From Podarcis vaucheri (Eukaryota): 64,000 bases of DNA. The stretch is taken from the NCBI GenBank assembly GCA_965113315.1, contig OZ220373.1; one strand, given 5' to 3'. Position 1 is the stretch's first letter, and every line of letters begins with the position of its first letter. The position numbers were made by a program, and so were the translations under genes. Shown here one piece after another: positions 54,444-64,000 of the stretch. The notes beneath the pieces were generated by a model. The model ran no database searches, was not told the DNA's origin, and worked only from the letters and a program-made list of their open reading frames with translations.

Positions 54444-56962
54444 GAGGACGTGGCCATTTCCCCTTTCCCTTACGCTTGCAATCCTTCCCGGTGCTCTTCT
54501 TCTGTAAAGAATGTGAAACTTTCCCTTATAGTGCCCAAAGAGTAAGATTATATTGTAGTTCATTTCAAGACTTCTAACTGTATCTTACTGTCTACAGTCT
54601 ACAGATCAAACACGTAGATCCTAAAACTGTACAATCTAAAATGACCAACTGTGGGTTTGATCCTGAGGAAGTTAGTTAAAATGAAACAAGCTAGTCATGA
54701 CTAAAAGCTCATCCATTGGTCCGAGAGATTTTCCACTTGCCCTGTGCTTTCTATGAACAAGTCAGAAGGATTCTCTGTTTGCCCCACTGCTTTCCCCGGG
54801 AAAACCAGCTCTTTACCGCTGAACCGGGGCAAACGTCAGTTCATGGAAAACCTGATTGAAGTTTGCTCAGATTCAGATGCAAGTAGCATGCTTCCCCAGA
54901 GAAAAGTGGCAGGGCAAGTGAAAGTGTGGACAAGCCCTTAGCCCCATTGATTTTAATGGGACTAAAGGGTGGTTAACTTAGTCTCGTGCAATACCTTGTG
55001 CAAATCTAACTGCTTTGGAAAGCCAATTCCATAAACAGAAATCATGCCCGAACCCATTGATTCAATATGAATGAGTTAAATGATTGTGCCAAACTTAACA
55101 GGCCAATGGACCTTCATATTCTGGGAAGTAAGAGTGTTCTATTTCTTGATAAAGTAACACTTGAATAAAATAATAGCTTCCGAACTATTGTCCATATTTT
55201 AAATAGTAAAAATCAAAATAAGCTTCTTTTTTGCCAAATATTAATCCCCTCAACAATTAATTTAATTTAATTTAATTTAGGCATTTTTTTTTTTTTTACA
55301 CAAACTGGCAATATTCTCATGGACAAAACAACTGATGTCTAAATGCTTAATGCTGCTCACTATTCCATTTTTAATTTAAATTCTTAGCTATAAACAATTA
55401 AAGCAAATATGGTGGCTTGGTATTGACAGAATTATTGCTTTCTGGCTTGGCCCAGGGCAACAAGTAACCTACAGGGAAAACTCAGAATGCATCAATCATA
55501 AATATTATCATTGTTTGCTTTATTTGAAACTTGATTTTCTGCCACGAAGAGGGCAAGTTATGCCTGCACTGCAGCGTTTTAAATTTCATACAAGGCTTGC
55601 TTGAAAATTAGAACAATAAATTATTTCTATGTTGGGTTCTTTCTACAAGGGGCACGTGGCTCGTCAGCTAGCGGAGGGCCATGCACGCAAGCTGGCTTCC
55701 AGCTACACAAGTTGCCCATGTTGGATTGAAATCTAAGAACACAACAAGGTGAAAGATGCAAGGAGCCCCAACACAGATAGCTGGGATGTGGGACTCTACA
55801 CACGGCTTCCAGTGAGAACTCTGCATACAGAGCTCAGCACACAGCTGGCACAGATTGGATGTGCATCGAAATGTACATAGACATCAGCACTGCACAGAGC
55901 AGATGGGAGGACGTCTTCTCATCAGTTTTATAATAAAAAGGGGGATGTGCATCCCTCGGGGATAATTCATATAGCTATTACCTGCCTGTTGCTGGTAGTC
56001 AGCAACACCTTGTTACCCACAGTTTTCTCTGGATCAGAGCCTTTTAAAGCCTTAACAGTAAAGTATGAGTGTGTTTTACGGCGACATCTGCACTATAAAA
56101 GAACGGTTTAACATGCAGTTATCATGACCTATCCTATAATATTGTGGGAAGGTTTGGATAGAGTAAAAATAATTATAACACACATGCACAAACCACTTCT
56201 TGAATAGGTAAGAAGCTACAATGTTATTTGCTTGTTTGCTTGTCTCACTTTTCTTCTTCTTCTTCTTCTTGTTGTTGTTGTTGTTATTTCTGTACTTTTC
56301 TTGCTCTGTACATTGGATTGTCTAAGCAAACACCTTTCTACTATAAGGTTGACTCTGGTTTAAAAGGGAAGTAACAAACTTTTCTTAAAGTCTTAATTCA
56401 ATTTTATGGTTGTCATATAGGTGTCAGATTTATTGGTAGTATTTCAGGACTGAAATTCTGCCTGAAAATTTTATGACTAAAAACCCTAGTCCATGACAGA
56501 TTTTTGACAGGGGGGATACAAAGAAAAATAATAAAATTTGCTTGATCAGGTCCACAACATACCCCCTTGAGCTTTTCTGGTTTATAAAATAAATATTGAA
56601 ATTGCAATTGGCAACAGTCTCAATCTAAGCAAAGTTAGTTTTGGAATTATAGTAGTTTGCAATTGATAGAAAGGAGCTGATCTTACACAACAATTGAGGT
56701 GTCACAGTGATATATCCTCAACAGAAGGATCTTGAATTATATTAAAACTAGAGAATGTTTTTTTAAAGTGTATAACATGCAACAATATGCATAAAAATAT
56801 TGAAGCTTCACAGACAATAGCATGCAAATATTACTGTAAATGTCAGATATATGATGCAGATGTGATGTTTTCGAGCCCTTTAAAACATTAACCCCAAAGC
56901 ACAGATCTGACTTATGCCATGATGTGACTGTGAAGTGCAAAGAGGATTATTTTGCAACCTAC

Positions 56963-57016
56963 CTGCCTGTTACGTTCATCCATAATCCTTGTGATCTGAA
57001 TCTTTTTTCTCCCCAT
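56963..57016 (-). CDS. MEF2C: MEF2C first coding exon, coding part (MGRKKIQITRIMDERNRQ)
   Basis: Reverse complement reads GGGGACT ATG GGG AGA AAA AAG ATT CAG ATC ACA AGG ATT ATG GAT GAA CGT AAC AGG CAG, then a gtaggt donor. 54 nt, phase 0. This is the N-terminus of the MEF2 MADS box. Confidence 0.98.
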
Positions 57017-57159
57017 AGTCCCCGTTTTTCTTCTCTCGTTCGTTCCTACACTCGTGTATTTTCTTCTTATCTTTCCTTCCTCTTTCCTGTTTCCTCAAAC
57101 CAAGAATCCTTCTTCAGCACTTACGCGATTCAATTCACAGACCCCTGCATCCGTTCCTG
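57017..57159 (-). other. MEF2C: 5' UTR part of the MEF2C first coding exon
   Basis: Purine-rich leader preceded by a pyrimidine tract and a tandem acceptor (tcatttcttttgtgtacttag/cag). The exon starts at 57159 or 57156. Confidence 0.75.
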
Positions 57160-59536
57160 CTAAGTACACAAAAGAAATGAAGTGTTAGGGAGTTATTTGG
57201 ACATAATCTTTATAGAACGATGCTACTGTGATATCTTACCAACTGGCTTAAGTGTGGTTTTGAATGCAGAACTGCTAAATAAGCAATAAAGTCAGAAATG
57301 ATTAGGCATTATTATTAGTAATTGCGCTAAACTGGATTTTTGTTTTGTTTTGTAGCTATGGCACCTCAATCCTACAGACAGTTATTCAGAAGTAAGAGAT
57401 GCTCTTTCAGTGGGGAACATACATTTTAGGCTCTGGATATAAGCGCTGAAGAAAGCTTTTAAGACATCACTAAAACAATTAAAGTGCATGCACTCATACT
57501 TCTCATAGATGCAAATTTTCTCTATTCTGTAAGACTTCCTTGGAAATATGAAAAATTACCTAAATCAGGGAGTTAATGAACCTTTCCATACCTGTGCAAG
57601 CTAAGTAATCAAGCTAATTCACTTTTGAAGGAAAACAGAAGAGGTGATAATGTTTCTTATTATGCAAACTAGGCTAGACCATTATTAAAGTACTATTTGA
57701 TATATGAGAAATGTCAGCCAAATCGAAATCCTTTAACCTTATATTCCATTTTTTAAAAGAAAGAGAATGACTGCAGATGAAATAGTTCAAGAGAAAAATA
57801 CCCCTTTAGCTCTATCATATTGAAAAGTGAGCTTTTGCTTTTTTTTACAAACTAAATATATTTGTATATATTTCCACCTACAATAAGTGTAATAATTGGT
57901 GCAGTTGTTAATATAATCCACGCATCTACCGTTCCTTCACACATAAGGGCAAAAAACTAATCACATCATAAAGAGTCATAACTGCAAAAGAAAGCTCATA
58001 AACACATGACAATGTGTTCCTAATATTCTTCCACACAAAAAATAAACCAGAGGATTCATTCAAAACTGTTGCAAAACATTACATAAAAAGCAAATCAAAA
58101 GCTGGAAAAATAAGCAAAAGGTCACAAGCGGAAGCTGTATGACAGTTATGTGGATAAAATCAAATATCTCCCTGTAGCACATTGCAAACATTAATGTTTA
58201 TTATGTATGTCTACTGAGACTGCAATCCTATACACACTCACCCAAGTGTAGCTCCCATTTAACTCAATAGGACTCACTACTGAGTAGACATACATAGGCT
58301 AAAATACAAATTTTAGCACACATAGAGAAAAATCGAAAATTGCATTTATATTTATTAGTGCCTAATTCCCCACCACCTCCACCACCACTGTGTTCCAATA
58401 AAATGATTTCTTAATTCACAAGATTGTTAAAATATGACAGTGCAATCTCAACTGTAGACTGGCTTTCCTATAGCCAACCTGTTAAATTATCCCCAAAGGT
58501 ACAGTATGTAACACTATTCTGAAGCTCTGGCCTGAAAATTCAGATCGGAAAAGCTTTCTCAAATTTTCAGTTTTGTGCTCATTTTGTTTCCGTCAGTTTA
58601 TTTTACAGCTATTCTGTGTTCTGGGCTCTTAAGAAAAAAAAATTAGAAGGCTATTACTCAGTCACAAACTCCAAATCTTATACACCATAAGTTAGTTTTT
58701 ACACTGTACCACCAAGTCTTAAGGAATCCAGTGCTAGTATCATTACTTTACAGTATAGCAGAGAAACGAAACTATCAACTCCCATCATTTCTGCAGTTTT
58801 AGGCATTTAAAATAGTTAATGAACTCACTTTTATGCAGTCTGAGTTGACAAAACAACCCTACCTGCTTTCATTACTCTTGAAACACAGAAAGAGTGCATA
58901 CGCTCAATTGTAGTAGATTCTTTTTCTTTTTCTAAAGCACTTTAAATACAATCTAAGCATGTTTTGGAAAAGCTGCATTCTCTGACATTTGCTGGTGACT
59001 AGGACAATAAGTTCATTTTGAATGTTTTTCAACTTCTCTCAGCTGGACTGCTTCCTTGGGAGTTTCTCTCCCCCCGCCGCATGTCTCCAACCCCAACAGT
59101 CAAGCTTACCTCTGATATAAAAAGCCAGGTAATTCCCATGTACGTGCAGGAAGTCTAACAGGCTTTCTCCACAACAGTAAGCCAATAGACTAATCCACAG
59201 CAAATGCATATGGAACAATTTCCCTTCCTTTCATTCACGTGGAGCCCAAGGCACTATCGGCTTACAGTCCTATGCCTGCCTAAGCTGTCGCTTTGTTGAG
59301 GGTGGAAGGTCAGAGTGGACAGATTAGAGAAGTGGTGACACGGGGTTAGCCAAGAGGAGCACTGCTTTACAGATCGAGCTGCTGGAGCCGAATGAGAAAG
59401 AGGAGGGGGGCGGGGGAGAGATCACAAAATGCTGACACTCTCGTCTGTTAGGACAAGGATGCAGAGCCCCTGGTGAAGTAACAACGTGGTGAGTCCCTCC
59501 CACACAACTAGCAGTTCCACATTTCATACTGAGCTT

Positions 59537-59589
59537 GAAGAAGAAGAAGAAGAAGAAGAAGAAGAAGAAGAAGAAGAAGAAGAAGAAGA
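59537..59589. repeat. (GAA)17 microsatellite
   Basis: Perfect trinucleotide run. Confidence 0.97.
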
Positions 59590-62500
59590 TTATAAACAGC
59601 CCGGTGTCAGGAACATTAAACATTCCACAACTACATAAAAATATTCTCCAAATAGTTCCACAAACACTTCTTGGACTCAGCAGACGTAAATCTAGGGCAA
59701 GCTCACCGGGTACATCGAAAGAACTCCAAATGTACATCATTGTAAGTTATGAGATGAATTTGAATCATTGTTCCCATTCGCAGCAACAATCTGTTGACAA
59801 GTGGTGAGGCGGGAGATTGAGGTGGGGAAAAGAAGCCTGTATGGCTTAAAAAGGAAGCATTGAGTCCAATTATTATGTTGTTGTTTCTCATATATATATA
59901 GGCTGAGGAACAAGAAACAATGTGTCAACTGTTTTAATCCGTATATACATGCTTATGCGTGTATGTAAGCCCACACCACACAGAAATACTGCAGTTCTAT
60001 AGCTAGGGAAGTTGCAGTCTAGTGCTACTGCTTTGACTAAAAAATCGTTGTTAGGATTCCCCCGCACTCTATCCAGCTTAATGTCAAAACCATATTATTT
60101 TGTCTTTTTCACGATTTCTGTCTTTAACATGCATTATTTTATTAACACCACACACAAACACACACATACATTTTTGCAAAACTGCATGAATATAGGATCC
60201 ATCTTATTTTATACGTACGGGCAAGACTCCCAACCATATAGCAAAGTACATAGAAAAGTAATTAAAATACATCATGTGACAAACAAAATAGCCATAAACC
60301 TTAAAATATTTTTAAAGATCTGTGCCAAGAGTGAAGGCGATCCAGAATTCCTTACCACCTGCCCTTGGAACTTGGAAAAGATGCTTTGAGTTGCAAAGGG
60401 TGTTATCTCAAGGTACGTACACTACAAGTGTTAGAAAAATTGCAGTGCTTCGTAAACCCTCAGACTGCATTTTAAAATAAAAAAGTGCACTAGGCAAAAC
60501 TAGCTATATGGCAAGTTAAAATTATTCCAGAAGCCCTGTCAAAATAGTGTCCACATTAAATAAACCTTCCAGGCTAATGACAGAGTTATATGTAAACAAA
60601 TGCATCTTTTTAAAAAAAATGTCGATGTTTCATTATTCAGATATTAACATTCTTCAAAATCACAGCCTTCAGCATTTTCCCCCTTTTGGAAACCCAAATA
60701 CTTTTGTAAAGATAAAATAAAATCAGACTGTTTACTAAAAAGAGGAACTTCAGTTTGGCGGGCTTCTGTTCGCTCTACGATTGCCAAAGGCACAGATAGT
60801 TGAGGGAAGAGTGATTTGAGTTCCAGTGGGCAGATGCAGCACTGCAGACAGCCATTCTTCACTCCCTCTCTCACACATTTTCCCCCTCTCTCTCCTTCTC
60901 TCTCCCTCCCGCTCACTAACACAGAAGAATCTTGACAGAATAGCAGGAAACACGCACTGAGTGGTCAGGGAAGGAGATGATGTCAGCAACCACGAACAAT
61001 AAAAGGTGTAAAGGTGCTTCCTTCCTTAAACTGTTCCAGAAGTGCAAAATGGGAACCAAAACTCTTTACTTCCTCCTGCGAACAGAACTTTCTGAATCTG
61101 CTCGGCTGCATAACACCCCAGACAGAGGTCCCTTTGAACAAGTCACCCAAGGGGCAAGAAGCAGCAGCAAAACGGAGGACTCTCAATACATCCAATTTAT
61201 AAACAAAGTGGTAGCCAGAGGGAAAACTTATTTAATGGTGATGGAAGCTTTGTTAGAAAATGCAAAAAGTGTCCCCAAAATAGCACCCCCCCCCATTTTC
61301 CCTGGGCTGTACATATTCTTACATTCAAATGTAACAGTTCTTACATTTGAAACAAAAACAAAAGAACCCTCAAGCTTGTGTCATGGGCAGAGATTGACAG
61401 CGCAGTCCTATAGATAGGTCTACTCAGAAGTAATTCTCACTAGGACTTACTCCCAAGTAAGTGTGAATAGGACTGCAATCCTATGCCCAGGCCCCCTTGA
61501 CTTCAAGTAAACTTGCCTCTGAGTAAACATCTATCAGATTGCCCTGTAAATAAAAATAAAAATCTGTTCTGTTTTCAAAGATGAACAAGGGGCTTTGCTT
61601 CTGTTCCTTCAAAAAGCACAGCCTGTACATTTGACACTAAGAGAGAAAGCCCAACTGATGCCAGAAAGAGAGCAGCAATATGACAATGGGCACAGAAAAG
61701 TCTAGTTAATATTATACAAAGAATGCTTCAACAGTTTTGCCTTATAGGACCATGAACAACCGCAGGTCATGGCGCAGCCCAACAATGAAGAACTGCAGAT
61801 GCGGAACACAGTGTTTGTATATGAGTGCTGGGTATCCTAAATTCATGCTAATCTATGGTTTGATGCTAGCCATAACACATATTGCTACACATATATTCTG
61901 CCCATCCTATTCCTGTTGATTCAGAAATAAACCCCACAGTTTCCAATGTAACCTACTCCCTAGTAATAACAATGTATAAGATCATAGCTTTCACCTCAAA
62001 ATAACACTGTGAGATAAATCAGGCTGAACGAGACAGAGATTTGCTCAAAGCCACCAAGAGTTTTACACACAGCTAAGTAGGAATCTGAACCTGGAATACT
62101 TACATCCAGTCCAGCCAGCACCACCAACGAGAAATTATTATGGGACATGATCTGTATGCTGCTGTTAAATATATAGAGGCTGGCATGGGTCAGTATAGAC
62201 GTTGCCAAATCCATTTCCCCTGGCACCAATCACACAAGGATATAACCAGAATCTGGCCCTTTTAAAACAACTTTTTCATTATACAGTTATACACTAGATG
62301 TCATTACTGCTGCACTAGATCTGTAATACACGAACAGTGCGCTCCACTATATGCAGTAATCTAATTTGGGCAGAAAGCCATTATTTTTAAAAGAAATAAA
62401 TAAAGTGAATCTGAGTCATCCGAAGATTTCAAACATCTGTCTCAAACATTCCAGTTCAGAAATTTAACATAACCTACATTTATGTGTTTTGATCTTATGA

Positions 62501-62647
62501 CTGGTCTGCCACATTAAAAGATGTGCAAGGGATTTCATTCTAATCTGCTAAATTCATCTCAGGAGAGCATGCATTTTACAACAGGAAGTTTAGCACAAAC
62601 ACTGAAGTCATACAGAAGCTGTAACCTTGCCTACAAGCATAAACACG

Positions 62648-63446
62648 TGTCAGGGCTGCCACCCAGTCCCAGCTCACATAGGACCAAGTCCGCCAGCGTT
62701 CACTTTATAAGAGTCTTTATTAAGTTACAGGTTTCATTTCCGAACTGCAGCGTGCAGCTCTACACCTTCTGCCCTAGGTCGGCGAAGACCCGTCTGAGTC
62801 CCCGCCTCTTGCACACCAGCTTAATACCCTAGCCTTGCTCCACCTCCTTCGCCTCTCCCTACGTCTCTGGGTCCTTCTGCCCCCCTGGGCCTCCTCCCTT
62901 CTACTCTCCTCTGACGCTGACCCCCCTGATCCTTCTGCCTCCTTGCGGCGGGCTTTAGGACCTGGCTCACTCTCCGGGCTGCTTACTGCTCCAGCTTCCG
63001 CTGCATTTGAACTTGGCGCGCGCGCCCAACTCTCTACTTTCCTCTTAACCGTTGCCTCGCTCTCTGAGGAGGGCGTGACCACCCCTGACTCGTGCCCTCC
63101 CTCCTGCTGACAGCCTCCGGAACCCGATGCCTGTCTACCTTCCTCCCTGCTGCTCTCAGTCTTGAGCGTGGGTCCCGATTTCCAGCTGCTGCCGCCCTCA
63201 GTTATGAGCGTGGGTCCCGACTTCCAGCTGCTACTCTCTGAATCTCCTCTGTTCCCTTCCTCCTGGGGTGTCCCCCCGGATCCCCCCCTTGCTCTGCTCA
63301 CTGGGGCTCCCTTTTGGGAGTCCTCTGACTCACTGCTTAGGCTTGGAGATCTCGGGTCGTCATCATCACTCATTTTCCCTTCGGATTCCTCCCCCTCGCT
63401 CTCTGCTTCCTCCCTTCTCTGCATCTCTGCTCCTGAACCCCTGACA
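62648..63446 (-). mobile_element. 3' LTR (799 bp) of the Gypsy/chromovirus element
   Basis: Perfect 8-bp terminal inverted repeats TGTCAGGG...CCCTGACA, polypurine tract directly upstream, TATA-like TATTAA at 62821-62826 and AATAAA at 62716-62721 (minus strand). The sequence switches abruptly to GC/CpG-rich at 62648. Confidence 0.88.
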
Positions 63447-64000
63447 TCCATCCCCCCCTCGAAGCCCCCCCTTCCCCCCTCCCCGCTTTCAGGTGTGGGT
63501 GCTGGGTGCTCCATCATCACGGGAGGGAATGCCGGATACAGTTCGCTCCCCGTGGTTGGCCGCCAACTGAAGACCTCCGAGTCTTCCTCCTCGCGGTCGC
63601 CGACGTTGACCTGTTCCGCTTCCATCTCTGTACCGCCGTGCTCGAACCCAAGGTCCTCCCCGAACACGTCCATGTCAGTCTCTGCGTCGGTCGCTCGACC
63701 TGGCATCTCCAGCCACTTCCGGCGCCATTGCTCCTCCGGTCGATCGTCCCACCAATACGAGGTGTCTGACGCCGAACCCGCCGGCGATCCGTCTGGGGAA
63801 CGGGTGCTCAGTGCGGGTTCCCCGTCCGAGTCGAATCCATGGAACGTGCTGGAAGAAAGTGTGGGCGTGAACAACCAGTCGTCGAAGAAGCTCGCTGGCA
63901 TGGGTCTGTGTGGGAAAAGGGCATGAAACTCGTCCTTGAGCAGGGGTTCCTCCAAAGCGTAGTCTGGCACCCAGCTATTGGCGCTGGCCCGGGTGCCCTC
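62774..64000 (-). CDS. C-terminal end of a chromoviral Gypsy Pol: integrase chromodomain end plus a long acidic tail; open at the window edge
   Basis: The frame is open from 64000: EGTRASANSWVPDYALEEPLLKDEFHALFPHRPMP fits the SWVP..L..FH..FP..P end of chromovirus integrase chromodomains. No stop until 62774. The GTG start at 63970 in the ORF track is internal. Confidence 0.85.
   Translation of the reverse strand, partial: EGTRASANSWVPDYALEEPLLKDEFHALFPHRPMPASFFDDWLFTPTLSSSTFHGFDSDGEPALSTRSPDGSPAGSASDTSYWWDDRPEEQWRRKWLEMPGRATDAETDMDVFGEDLGFEHGGTEMEAEQVNVGDREEEDSEVFSWRPTTGSELYPAFPPVMMEHPAPTPESGEGGRGGFEGGMDVRGSGAEMQRREEAESEGEESEGKMSDDDDPRSPSLSSESEDSQKGAPVSRARGGSGGTPQEEGNRGDSESSSWKSGPTLITEGGSSWKSGPTLKTESSREEGRQASGSGGCQQEGGHESGVVTPSSESEATVKRKVESWARAPSSNAAEAGAVSSPESEPGPKARRKEAEGSGGSASEESRREEAQGGRRTQRRRERRRRWSKARVLSWCARGGDSDGSSPT
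63447..63484 (-). other. Polypurine tract of the Gypsy element
   Basis: GGGGAGGGGGAAGGGGGGGCTTCGAGGGGGGGATGGA abuts the TGTCAGGG LTR start. Confidence 0.85.

Noticed and set aside
59324-59807. Poly-Lys and poly-Phe ORFs
   Set aside because: Translations of the (GAA)n microsatellite.
63162-63926. 254-aa plus-strand ORF (and 62835..63110, 63506..63769)
   Set aside because: Ser/Pro-rich antisense shadows of the GC-rich Pol-tail frame, with no domain signal.
62774-63970. Treating the 398-aa ORF as a stand-alone host gene
   Set aside because: The frame is open to the window edge, starts inside a chromodomain and spans a PPT and an LTR.

Overview
Vertebrate intronic DNA from a squamate (Sauria SINEs are present; the repeat set suggests a lacertid lizard). 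It carries the 5' coding half of MEF2C on the minus strand: the first coding exon (ATG at 57016), the MADS/MEF2-domain exon (37670-37873) and the alpha1 exon (10446-10589). A 172-nt N-run ends exactly at a GTAAGT donor and has the right size to hide the mutually exclusive alpha2 exon. The next exon was not found and probably lies beyond position 1. The introns hold SINEs, CR1/L2/L1 fragments, nested MITEs, a solo LTR and several motif-rich candidate enhancers, including a likely orthologue of the Mef2c FOX:ETS endothelial enhancer. The most unusual element is at the right edge: a young chromodomain-bearing Gypsy retrotransposon whose Pol frame does not stop after the chromodomain. It runs about 370 more codons through the polypurine tract and about 670 nt of the 3' LTR, encoding an acidic tail with an FxGF motif and a terminal Arg-rich motif. 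All calls were made by eye, without database searches.
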